Source: Candidatus Eiseniibacteriota bacterium (lineage in GTDB: Bacteria > Eisenbacteria > RBG-16-71-46 > DASYSL01). Taken from it: a stretch of 43,550 nt of DNA. Below, piece after piece: positions 8,817-17,391 of this stretch. A program made the position numbers and the translations under genes. The notes beneath the pieces were generated by a model, which was not told the DNA's origin, did no database searches, and was given only the letters and a program-made list of their open reading frames with translations. How positions within the stretch are numbered: position 1 is the stretch's first letter; each line of letters opens with the position of its first letter. The DNA lies in assembly GCA_035259005.1 (NCBI GenBank), contig DATFWU010000181.1, positions 1 through 43,550 on the forward strand. The letters run 5' to 3'.

Positions 8817-10049
8817 ATGAGCGAGCGCCCCGACCCGTCGAGGACGAGCAGCCGAACGCGCGCCGTGCACGGCGGGCGTGCCGAAGGTCCGGGTCCGGTC
8901 GTCGCTCCCCTGGTCCAGTCGTCGACCTTCGCGTTCGCCGATCACGACGCCATGCTCGCGGCCTTCCACGCCAAGGATCAGGGCGTCGTCTACTCGCGCT
9001 ACTCGAATCCGACGCTTATGGCCTGCGAAGAGCGTCTCGCGGCCGTCGAGGGGGCGGAGGCTTCTCTGGCGTTCGCCTCGGGCATGGCCGCCATCACCTC
9101 GGCCGTGCTCTCGTTCGTGCGCGCGGGCGAGCGCGTGCTGGCCCAGCGCGAGATCTACGGCGGCTCGCACGAGTTCTTCTCGCACTGGGCGCCCCGCCTC
9201 GGCATCGAGGTCGACTGGTTCGGCGCCAACGACGAGAAGGAGCTCGCCGCCGGCCTCGCGCGCCGGCCCGCGGTGGTCTATCTCGAGACGCCGACCAACC
9301 CGACTTTGCGTTGCGTCGATCTGCGCGACGCCGCCACCCGCGCCCGCGCGGCGGGGGCGGTGAGCATCGTCGACGGCACCTTCGCCTCGCCGATGAACCA
9401 GCGTCCGCTCGATCTGGGTATCGATCTCGTGGTGCACAGCGCCACCAAGTATCTGGCCGGCCATGCCGATCTCGTCGCCGGGTGCGTGTGCGGGGCGCGC
9501 GACAAGATCAAGACTCTGTGGCGGGCCCGCAAGCTCTTCGGCGGCACGCTCGACCCGCACGGCGCCTTTCTGCTCGAGCGCTCGCTGCGCACGCTGGCCG
9601 TGCGCATGGAGGCGCACAACACGAACGGCCTCGAGGTAGCGCGCTTCCTGGCCGGCCACGCCGCCGTCGAGCGCGTGTATTATCCCGGCTTGCCCTCGCA
9701 TCCCGACCACGAGACGGCGCGCCGTCAGATGGCGGGGTTCGGCGGCATGGTGACGGTGAGCGTGCGCGGCGATGGCCAGGCCGCGATCCGTTTCGCCGAG
9801 AGCTTGCAGCTCTTCCGCCTGGCTCCGAGCCTGGGCGGCGTCGAGAGCTTGGTTTCGATTCCGGCCACCTCGTCTCATTACGCGCTGAGCGCCGCCGAGC
9901 GTGAGCGCGCGGGCGTGCCGGACAACATGGTTCGTCTGTCTTTGGGCATCGAGGACGCGGAGGATTTGATCCGCGATCTCGATCAGGCGTTGGGGAGAGC
10001 GGGTGGCCGCGCCGCGGCCACGGCAGCAGCGGAGCGAGGCTCCGCGTGA
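8817..10049 (+). CDS. Cys/Met-metabolism PLP-dependent enzyme (cystathionine gamma-synthase/beta-lyase/methionine gamma-lyase family)
   Basis: 410 aa. It has YSRYSNPT, SGMAAI and the PLP-Lys motif HSATKYLAGHADLVAG, plus LGGVESL and VRLSLGIED. Confidence 0.85.
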   Translation: MSERPDPSRTSSRTRAVHGGRAEGPGPVVAPLVQSSTFAFADHDAMLAAFHAKDQGVVYSRYSNPTLMACEERLAAVEGAEASLAFASGMAAITSAVLSFVRAGERVLAQREIYGGSHEFFSHWAPRLGIEVDWFGANDEKELAAGLARRPAVVYLETPTNPTLRCVDLRDAATRARAAGAVSIVDGTFASPMNQRPLDLGIDLVVHSATKYLAGHADLVAGCVCGARDKIKTLWRARKLFGGTLDPHGAFLLERSLRTLAVRMEAHNTNGLEVARFLAGHAAVERVYYPGLPSHPDHETARRQMAGFGGMVTVSVRGDGQAAIRFAESLQLFRLAPSLGGVESLVSIPATSSHYALSAAERERAGVPDNMVRLSLGIEDAEDLIRDLDQALGRAGGRAAATAAAERGSA

Positions 10050-10786
10050 CGAGGAGGAACGAGCGGATGGTAGAGCGCTCCATCGATGCGGAGGACCGAG
10101 GTGGCAGCAGCACGCGCCGGCGCGCGGCCGTGGCAGCGCTGGCGATGGCCGGGCTCGCCGTGATCACGGCCCTGGGCGCGGCCCAGACCAAGAGCGATAC
10201 CAAGCCGGCCCCGGCGCCGGTCAAGAAGACGACGACCACCGTGTCGTCGGCTCCCTCTTCCGCCGGGACCGACAGCTTGAAGACGCTCGAGGCCGCGGTG
10301 GCCAAGGACAGCACGAACTTCGACAAGAACTACCGCCTGGGCGTGGCCTATCTCGACCGCGACCGCGCCGTGGACGCGGTGCGCGTGTTCGAGCGCTGCA
10401 CCAAGGAGAAGCCCAAGGAGGTCAAGGCCTGGGTGAATCTCGGCGCCGCTTACGACGCCATCGGCAAGGGCGACCTGGCGCGGCAGCAGTACCGCGTCGC
10501 GCTGGCCGTGAATCCCCAGGACGAGATCGCCCTCTGCCGGCTGGGCGCTTCGCTCTACGCCGGCGGCTTCCGCCCCTCGGCCATGGACACCCTGCGCCTG
10601 GCGCTCCAGCGCCATCCCAATTCGTATTGCGCCTACTTCACGATGGGCGTGGCGTTCGCCGACGCGCAGATCTACAACGAGGCCATCAAGTGCTGGCAGA
10701 AGGTCGTGGATCTCTCGCCCGACTCGCCCGAGGCGACGTCGGCCAAGGAGAGCATCACGACGCTCAAGGAGCTGCTCAAGCAGTAG
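10046..10786 (+). CDS. TPR-repeat protein with N-terminal membrane anchor or signal sequence
   Basis: 246 aa. It has a hydrophobic stretch AAVAALAMAGLAVITALGAA, a Thr/Ser/Pro linker, then TPR-like repeats (YRLGVAYLD..., AWVNLGAAYDAIG, AYFTMGVAFADAQIYNEAIKCWQKVV). The GTG start overlaps the upstream stop. Confidence 0.7.
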   Translation: MTRRNERMVERSIDAEDRGGSSTRRRAAVAALAMAGLAVITALGAAQTKSDTKPAPAPVKKTTTTVSSAPSSAGTDSLKTLEAAVAKDSTNFDKNYRLGVAYLDRDRAVDAVRVFERCTKEKPKEVKAWVNLGAAYDAIGKGDLARQQYRVALAVNPQDEIALCRLGASLYAGGFRPSAMDTLRLALQRHPNSYCAYFTMGVAFADAQIYNEAIKCWQKVVDLSPDSPEATSAKESITTLKELLKQ

Positions 10787-10799
10787 AAGGAAGGCATCG

Positions 10800-11966
10800 T
10801 TGATCTCCCACGCACGCCGCCCGACCGTTCTCGTCGCCATGTCGGGCGGCGTCGATTCTTCGGTGGCCGCGGCCCTGCTCTGCGAGCGCGGCTACGACGT
10901 GATCGGCGCCACGCTCAAGCTCTGGTGCTACGAGGAGCGTGACCCCTCGCCGCGCGCCTGCTGCTCGCTCGAGGCCATCGCCGACGCGCGCTCGATCGCC
11001 CTGCGCCTCGGCTTCCCGCACTACGTCCTCGACTACAGCGCGCCGTTCCAGAGCCGCGTGATCGAGCCTTTCGTGCGCGGGGTTCTCGAGGGCACGACGC
11101 CCTATCCCTGCGCCGCCTGCAACGCCGACCTCAAGTTCGGGCGCCTGGTCGAGCAGGCGCGGGCGGTGGGCGCGGCATTCGTGGCCACCGGCCACTACGT
11201 GCGCGCCGGCGAGGTCGAGCGCGGTAGTGGCCTGGAGCCCGCGCTGTTTCGCGCCGCGCACGCCGAGAAAGACCAGAGCTTCGCCCTCTGGCAGGTGGCG
11301 CGCGAGATCTTGCCCTCGCTTCTCTTTCCGCTCGGCGATCTCACCAAGGACGAGGTGCGCGGGCAGGCCGAGCGCCTCGGGCTCGCGCGCGTGGCCACCA
11401 AACAGGAAAGCCAGGATCTCTGCTTCGTGGGCGCGGAAGGCTACGCCGCGTTCGTGGAGCGGCAGGGCGGAGCCGGGGCGGCGGCCTTCGCTCCCGGGCC
11501 CATTCTCGACCGCGAGGGCCACCGGGTGGGCGAGCACGCGGGGCTCGCGCGCTACACCGTGGGCCAGCGCAAAGGCCTCGGACGCTCGATCGGCCGCGCC
11601 TCGGGCGGGCGACCGCTGTACGTGACGGCGCTCGAGCCCGAAGCCAACGCGCTGCGCGTGGGCACCGCCGACCAGCTCCTGGCGCGCGAGATGGTGACCG
11701 GATCCCTGCACTGGCAGTCGGCCGATCCGCCGCGCCCGGGCGAGTCTTTCGACGTGCAGATCCGCTACCGCGGCCCGACCGTGGTGGCGCGCCTGTGGCC
11801 GCGCGCGGGAGACGACTTCGCCGCCGGCTGTCGCCTCACGCTCGAGAGTCCGCTCCGCGCCGTGACCCCCGGGCAAAGCGCCGTGTTTTATCAGGCGGAA
11901 CGCTTGCTCGGCGGCGCCACCATCGAGCGACCCGAAGGTCAAGGAACCCACGCTCGGGGCCGATGA
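10800..11966 (+). CDS. mnmA: tRNA-specific 2-thiouridylase MnmA
   Basis: It has the PP-loop VLVAMSGGVDSSVAA, then ATGHY, DQSFAL and GQSAVFY. A TTG start is preceded by a GAAGGAAGG SD-like sequence. Confidence 0.9.
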   Translation: MISHARRPTVLVAMSGGVDSSVAAALLCERGYDVIGATLKLWCYEERDPSPRACCSLEAIADARSIALRLGFPHYVLDYSAPFQSRVIEPFVRGVLEGTTPYPCAACNADLKFGRLVEQARAVGAAFVATGHYVRAGEVERGSGLEPALFRAAHAEKDQSFALWQVAREILPSLLFPLGDLTKDEVRGQAERLGLARVATKQESQDLCFVGAEGYAAFVERQGGAGAAAFAPGPILDREGHRVGEHAGLARYTVGQRKGLGRSIGRASGGRPLYVTALEPEANALRVGTADQLLAREMVTGSLHWQSADPPRPGESFDVQIRYRGPTVVARLWPRAGDDFAAGCRLTLESPLRAVTPGQSAVFYQAERLLGGATIERPEGQGTHARGR

Positions 11967-12029
11967 CCGAAGGAGCGTCCAAGCAGCCCTTTCTCGAGAC
12001 CGGGATGGGGCTTTGGAGGAGTGTTTTTC

Positions 12030-12509
12030 ATGGATTCGAAGCAGCTGGTGAGAGAGCTCGAGGAGGAGGCGGCGCGCGGCGCCGCCTTCGAAACCCTGCT
12101 CGAGACCGCGATCCGCGGCCTCCACGAGATGGATCCGCGCTTCCACTGGACGGGCATTTACGAGCTGTTCCCGGACAACGTGCTCCGGCTCGGGCCCTTC
12201 ATCGGCGCGCCCACCGAGCACGTGTTCATCGGCGTTGGCAACGGCGTGTGCGGGACCGCCGTAGCCGAGAAGCGAAACATCAACGTGCCCGACGTGAGAA
12301 ACGTCACCAACTATCTCGCGTGCAGCACCGAGACACGCTCCGAGCTCGTCATCCTCATCCGCTCGGGCGAGAAGATCCACGCTCAGATCGACATCGACAG
12401 CCACGAGGTGGCGGCGTTCGACGACCGCGCCGTGGCGCAGGTGCAGGAGATCGCCGACTGGCTGGCCAAGGCCTACGACGTGCGCGTGGCCGCGGGCCGG
12501 CGAGGCTGA
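12030..12509 (+). CDS. GAF-domain protein, free methionine-(R)-sulfoxide reductase (MsrC/YebR)-like
   Basis: It has WTGIY, GVCGTAVA, LACSTETRSELV and QIDIDS, which match the fRMsr GAF fold as I remember E. coli YebR. ATG at 12030 is preferred over GTG at 12021 because the GGAGGA SD ends at 12020. Confidence 0.8.
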   Translation: MDSKQLVRELEEEAARGAAFETLLETAIRGLHEMDPRFHWTGIYELFPDNVLRLGPFIGAPTEHVFIGVGNGVCGTAVAEKRNINVPDVRNVTNYLACSTETRSELVILIRSGEKIHAQIDIDSHEVAAFDDRAVAQVQEIADWLAKAYDVRVAAGRRG

Positions 12510-12519
12510 TCTTTCCTTC

Positions 12520-15282
12520 ATGGCCGCCGTCACCCCCGAGCCTACGGCTCCCACGCCCGACGACGCCGCCCTCTTCGGGCGCGTGCGCGCCGCCCTCGAG
12601 AAAGAAGCGCCGCGCGAAAGCGCCGCGGCGTGCCTCGAGCTGATCGCGGAGCTCACCGCCGCGGCGAGCGGCGGACTCTTTCTCGAGCGCGACGGCGAAA
12701 CGAAAGAGGAGTTCTGGTACGGCCCTCATCCCACCGAGGTCGAAGAGCGTCTGCGCGCCGCCGCGCGCGCGTGGCTGGGAACCGGCGGGAAGGAGCCGGG
12801 TGACCCCGATCTCTGCCTGATCCCGGCGAGCGCGGACGGACGCGCGATGGGCCTCTTCTGCCTGGCCCCGCCGCGCGGCACTTCGTGCGCGAGCCCGAGC
12901 GTCGACATCGCGCGAGCTATCGCCGATCTGTTCGCCGCGCGCGTGCATGCGCGACGCGAGAGCGACCACGCCTCGTCCGAGCTCGAACGCTACGAGCGCT
13001 GGTTCAAGACCCTCGACAGTCATCTCCAGGTCCTCGACCGCGAGCGCCAGAAGTTCCTCGCGGTCGTGAACCAGACCGACACCTACGTCTTCGTGGCCGG
13101 CCCCTCGGGCGAAGTGCGCTGGACGAACAAGGCCATGGCGGCGAGCACCGAGACGCGCGCGCGCGACGGCCTGTCGTGCCGCGACGCTTGCTCGCGCTTC
13201 ACCGGCGACGAGGGCGGCTGTGGCGCCTGCGCGGTGCAGCGCGCCATCAAGGGAGCCGCGGCCGCGCACCAGGAGCTGCGCAAGGAGCAGGGCGGGATCT
13301 TCCGCAACTACTATCTGACCGCGCTGCCCATCCTGGCGCCGGACGGCAAGCCGCAGGAAGCGCTCGTGCTCGTGCAGGACCTGAGCGATCTCTCGGTGCT
13401 GCGCGAGTCCGAGTCGCGCTACCGCCTGCTCTTCGACCGCAGCACCAACGCTCTCCTCATGATCGACCCGGGATCCAAGCGCATCCTGCTCGCCAACGCC
13501 ATGGCTTGCCGCTTCCTCGGCTACTCCAAGGAGGAGTTCGAGGGCTTGGCCCTCGGTCAGCTGCACGAGAGCGCCGACTGGGGCGAGTCGCTGAGCCGCT
13601 ACGCCAAAGCGCTCGCCGGCGACACGCGCGATCCCTTCGAGTGCGTGCTTCTGGCCAAAGACGGACGTCCGCGCTGGGCGCGCGCGCACGCTTCGCGTGT
13701 TGATCTGGGCGGGCGCGACGTGGGCCTGGTCGAGTTCCGCGATCTCACCGACCGAAAGCGCATGGAGACCGCGCTGCGCGTGAGCGAGGAGCGCCTGGCC
13801 ACGGTCGTTGCCAACGCGCCCATCGTTCTCTTCACGACCAACAGGGAAGGCGTGGTCACCTTGTGCCAGGGGAAGGGCCTGTCCGCCATCGGCCGCTTTC
13901 CGGGCGAGTCCGAGGGGAAGTCGGTCTACGAACTGTACGCCGACAATCCGGTCTTTCTGAGCCAGCTCCGCCGCGCGCTCGCCGGCGAATCCTTCACCGA
14001 CCGCGTGGCCATCGGGCCCGTGACCTTCGACATCCAGTACACGCCGCTCACCGACGAGACGGGCGCCGTGACCGGGACGGTCGGCGTGGCCCTGGACGTG
14101 AGCCAGCACCGCCGCTTGGAAGAGCAGTTGCGCCAGTCGCAGCGCATGGAGGCCATCGGCCGACTGGCAGGCGGCGTGGCGCACGACTTCAACAATCTGT
14201 TGACCGTGATCCTCGGCCAGAGCGACCTCATCCTCTTGCAGGCCGCGACGGGAAGCCCGTTGTCCAAGAACGCCGAGCAGATCCGCGGCGCCGCCGAGCG
14301 CGGCGGCTGGCTCGCGCGCCAGCTCCTCGCCTTCGGCCGCAAGGACGCGCCGGCCTCCGAGCCCATCGATTTGAATTCGGTGGTCGAGACCATCGAGCCC
14401 ATGCTGCGCCGTTTGATCGGCGAGGACATCGAGCTGCACACGACGCGCGCCGCCAAGCCGGCCGTGGTGCGCGCCGACCGCGGCCATCTCGACCAGGTGA
14501 TTCTCAATCTCGCGCTCAACGCGCGCGACGCCATGCCCTCGGGCGGGCGGCTGCGCGTGGAGGTCGTGCTCGGCGACGTGACGTCACCGTGGATGCAGGG
14601 GCGCGACGCGGCCGTCCACGCCGGACCTCTGGCTTTGCTGACGGTGAGCGACACGGGCTTCGGCATGGACGCGGAAACCCTGGGCCATCTCTTCGAGCCC
14701 TTCTTCACCACCAAGGAGCGCGGCAAGGGCACAGGGCTCGGGCTTTCCATCGTCTATGGCATCGTGGATCAGTGCGGCGGCAGCGTGTGGGTGGAGAGCG
14801 AGCGCAACCGCGGCACCACCGTGTTCGTGTGCTTGCCGATCGCCGGGAACGAGAGCCCGGCCGGCAGCCCGGAGTCCGAGGCCATCGCCGCGCCGGGATC
14901 GGAGTCCGTGCTTCTGGTCGAGGACGAGGATCCGGTGCGCGAGCTGGTGCAGGAGATGCTCGAGATGGCGGGCTATCGCGTGCACGCCGAGGCGAGCGGG
15001 CCCGACGCCATCGCCTGGGCCGAGGATCCGGCGCACTCGTTCGATCTCTTGGTGAGCGACGTGGTCATGCCGCGCATGAACGGTGGCGAGCTGGCCGAGC
15101 GGCTGCGCCACCTGCGGCCCCAGACGCGCGTGCTCTTCGTGTCCGGCTATCCGGACGACGCCATCGTGCGCCACGGTGTGCGCGAGAGCGGCGCCCCCTT
15201 CCTGCAGAAGCCCTTCACCTATCAGACGCTGACCGAGAAGGTCCGCGAGGTCCTGGATTCGCCGGTGCGCCGCGCCGCTTGA
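12520..15282 (+). CDS. Hybrid sensor histidine kinase (N-terminal sensory region, multiple PAS, HisKA, HATPase_c, C-terminal receiver)
   Basis: 920 aa. It has PAS-like segments, an H-box (GGVAHDFNNLLTVI), an N-box (LNLALNARDAM), a G-box (GTGLGLSIVYG), and a receiver domain (VLLVEDEDPVRE...DLLVSDVVMPRMNG...FLQKPF). Confidence 0.9.
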   Translation: MAAVTPEPTAPTPDDAALFGRVRAALEKEAPRESAAACLELIAELTAAASGGLFLERDGETKEEFWYGPHPTEVEERLRAAARAWLGTGGKEPGDPDLCLIPASADGRAMGLFCLAPPRGTSCASPSVDIARAIADLFAARVHARRESDHASSELERYERWFKTLDSHLQVLDRERQKFLAVVNQTDTYVFVAGPSGEVRWTNKAMAASTETRARDGLSCRDACSRFTGDEGGCGACAVQRAIKGAAAAHQELRKEQGGIFRNYYLTALPILAPDGKPQEALVLVQDLSDLSVLRESESRYRLLFDRSTNALLMIDPGSKRILLANAMACRFLGYSKEEFEGLALGQLHESADWGESLSRYAKALAGDTRDPFECVLLAKDGRPRWARAHASRVDLGGRDVGLVEFRDLTDRKRMETALRVSEERLATVVANAPIVLFTTNREGVVTLCQGKGLSAIGRFPGESEGKSVYELYADNPVFLSQLRRALAGESFTDRVAIGPVTFDIQYTPLTDETGAVTGTVGVALDVSQHRRLEEQLRQSQRMEAIGRLAGGVAHDFNNLLTVILGQSDLILLQAATGSPLSKNAEQIRGAAERGGWLARQLLAFGRKDAPASEPIDLNSVVETIEPMLRRLIGEDIELHTTRAAKPAVVRADRGHLDQVILNLALNARDAMPSGGRLRVEVVLGDVTSPWMQGRDAAVHAGPLALLTVSDTGFGMDAETLGHLFEPFFTTKERGKGTGLGLSIVYGIVDQCGGSVWVESERNRGTTVFVCLPIAGNESPAGSPESEAIAAPGSESVLLVEDEDPVRELVQEMLEMAGYRVHAEASGPDAIAWAEDPAHSFDLLVSDVVMPRMNGGELAERLRHLRPQTRVLFVSGYPDDAIVRHGVRESGAPFLQKPFTYQTLTEKVREVLDSPVRRAA

Positions 15283-15314
15283 AGCCTCGCCGAGTTTCCC
15301 GCTAGCTTGATTCC

Positions 15315-16646
15315 ATGGTACCGGCGTCCCCGGTTGCGTCCGCGCCGCCGCATGTCGTCATCCTCGGCGGAGGTTTCGGGGGACTCTATGCCGCCAAGGC
15401 GCTCGCGCATACTCCCGTCCGCGTCACGCTGATCGACCAGCACAACCACCACGTCTTCCAGCCGCTGCTCTACCAGGTCGCGACCGCCGGGCTCTCGGAG
15501 CCCGACATCGCCGCTCCCATTCGTCACGTCCTGCGCAAGCAAGCCAACACGACCGTGCTGCTCGCCAAGGCGACCGCGGTGGATCCCGCGCGCCGCGTGG
15601 TTCGCCTCGACGAGGGTCAGGAGGTCGGCTACGACACCCTGATCGTGGCCACCGGCGCCTCGCATGCTTATTTCGGTCACGACGAGTGGGAGCCGTTCGC
15701 TCCCGGTCTGAAAACCGTGGATGACGCGCTCACCATGCGCAGCAAGATGCTGCTCGCCTTCGAGAGCGCCGAGCGCGAGAGCGATCCCGAGCGCCGCCGC
15801 CGTGCACTCACCTTCGTCATCGTGGGCGGCGGGCCGACGGGCGTCGAGCTGGCGGGGGCGATACGCGAGATCGCGCAGCGCACGATGACCGGCGACTTCC
15901 GCCACTTCGATCCGGCGAGCACGCGCGTGGTTCTGATCGACGCGGGCCCCAGGCTCCTGCCGGCCTATCCGCCGGATCTCTCCGCGCGCGCGCGCGAGCT
16001 GCTCGGCGAGCGCGGCGTCGAGGTGTTGACGGATGCGCTGGTCACGGCGATCGACGAGCACGGCGTGACGGCGGGGGGCAAGCGCATCGAGGCGGGCACG
16101 ATCTTCTGGGCGGCGGGGGTCAAGCCCTCGCCTCTCGGTCGCACGCTGGGAGTTCCTTTGGATCGCGCCGGGCGCGTGTTGGTCGAGCCCGATCTGACGA
16201 TTCCTGGTCATCCCGAGATCTTCGTCATCGGCGACCTCGCCGCCATGCGCACGAAGAAAGGCGACTGGGTACCGGGCGTGGCCCAGGGCGCGATCCAGAG
16301 CGGACGTCATGCCGCGCGTATGGTGGAGCGCCGTCTCGAGGGCAAGCCGACCGAGCCGTTTCGCTACAAGGATCTCGGCCTTCTCGCCACCATCGGGCGC
16401 AAGGCGGCGGTGGCCGACGTGGGGGGGCGACACTTCTCCGGATTTGTCGCCTGGTTCCTCTGGCTCACCATCCACATCGTGTGGCTGATCGGACACCGCA
16501 ACCGCATCGTCGTGCTCGTCGACTGGTTCTGGGCCTACATTCGCTATCAGAGCAGCGCGCGCGTCATCTTGACCGAGCCTCCGACGCCCGTCGATGTGCT
16601 TTCCGAGCCCGCTTCCAAGCCCGTGGAGCCGGCGCTTCGTGGCTGA
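15315..16646 (+). CDS. ndh: Type II NADH:quinone oxidoreductase (NDH-2)
   Basis: 443 aa with two dinucleotide-binding motifs (VVILGGGFGGLYAA; FVIVGGGPTGVELAG). It also has QPLLYQVATAG and a C-terminal membrane-association helix. Confidence 0.9.
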   Translation: MVPASPVASAPPHVVILGGGFGGLYAAKALAHTPVRVTLIDQHNHHVFQPLLYQVATAGLSEPDIAAPIRHVLRKQANTTVLLAKATAVDPARRVVRLDEGQEVGYDTLIVATGASHAYFGHDEWEPFAPGLKTVDDALTMRSKMLLAFESAERESDPERRRRALTFVIVGGGPTGVELAGAIREIAQRTMTGDFRHFDPASTRVVLIDAGPRLLPAYPPDLSARARELLGERGVEVLTDALVTAIDEHGVTAGGKRIEAGTIFWAAGVKPSPLGRTLGVPLDRAGRVLVEPDLTIPGHPEIFVIGDLAAMRTKKGDWVPGVAQGAIQSGRHAARMVERRLEGKPTEPFRYKDLGLLATIGRKAAVADVGGRHFSGFVAWFLWLTIHIVWLIGHRNRIVVLVDWFWAYIRYQSSARVILTEPPTPVDVLSEPASKPVEPALRG

Positions 16647-17391
16647 GGGCGCGGCTCTCACCCTTCGCGATCTCTCCAAGAGCTACGACGGTCACGCCGC
16701 GATCGAGGGCATCGACCTCGATGTGGCGCCGCGAACGACGCTCGCGCTGGTCGGCCCCAGCGGCTCGGGGAAGTCGACGGTGCTCCGGCTGGTCGCCGGG
16801 CTGCTCCGCCCGGATCGCGGCGAAGTGCGGATCGGTAGCACGGCCATGGGGGAGTCGAGCAAGCGCGCGCTTCGCTTGCGCATGGGCTACGTGATCCAGG
16901 AAGGCGGACTCTTCCCGCATCTCACGGCGTTCGAAAATGTGGCGCTCATGGGACGCGAGCTGGGCTGGGCTTGGGACCGGGTTCGCGGGCGCGTGGGCGA
17001 GCTGGCCGGACTCGTGGGCTTGCCCGTCGAGTGGCTCGCGCGCTACCCGGCGCAGCTCTCGGGCGGGCAGAGACAGCGCGTCGGTCTGATGCGGGCCTTG
17101 CTGCTCGATCCCGAGATCTTGCTGCTCGACGAGCCCTTGGGCGCGCTCGATCCCTTGATCCGCGCGCGGCTGCAAGAAGATCTGCGCGACATCGTGCGGC
17201 GCTTGCGCAAGACCGCGCTCCTGGTCACGCACGACATGGCGGAAGCGGCGTATCTGGGCGACGAGATCGCTTTGCTGCGCGACGGCCACGTGGTGCAGCG
17301 CGGGAGCGCGCGCGATCTGCTCGAGCGCCCGGCCGATCCCTTCGTGACCGAATTCATCCGCGCCCAGCGCGTGCTCGAGGCGGGGCGATGA
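16639..17391 (+). CDS. ABC transporter ATP-binding protein (osmoprotectant/glycine-betaine-choline type)
   Basis: It has Walker A (GPSGSGKST), the signature LSGGQRQRV and Walker B (LLLDEP). The GTG at 16639 overlaps the ndh stop. The track start at 16594 lies inside ndh, so the exact start is uncertain. Confidence 0.85.
   Translation: MAEGAALTLRDLSKSYDGHAAIEGIDLDVAPRTTLALVGPSGSGKSTVLRLVAGLLRPDRGEVRIGSTAMGESSKRALRLRMGYVIQEGGLFPHLTAFENVALMGRELGWAWDRVRGRVGELAGLVGLPVEWLARYPAQLSGGQRQRVGLMRALLLDPEILLLDEPLGALDPLIRARLQEDLRDIVRRLRKTALLVTHDMAEAAYLGDEIALLRDGHVVQRGSARDLLERPADPFVTEFIRAQRVLEAGR

Noticed and set aside
6838-9878. Over-long versions of real genes in the track: 6838-8613, 7623-9878, 3698-5158, 16971-18872, 19190-19996, 22225-23754, 27622-28797, 31806-34466, 39060-41018 and 40049-41167.
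   Set aside because: The N-terminal extensions are Arg/Pro-rich and overlap the neighbouring gene. They precede an internal Met/Val with an SD or a 4-nt start-stop overlap, at the point where the recognisable domain begins. I trimmed these to the internal starts.
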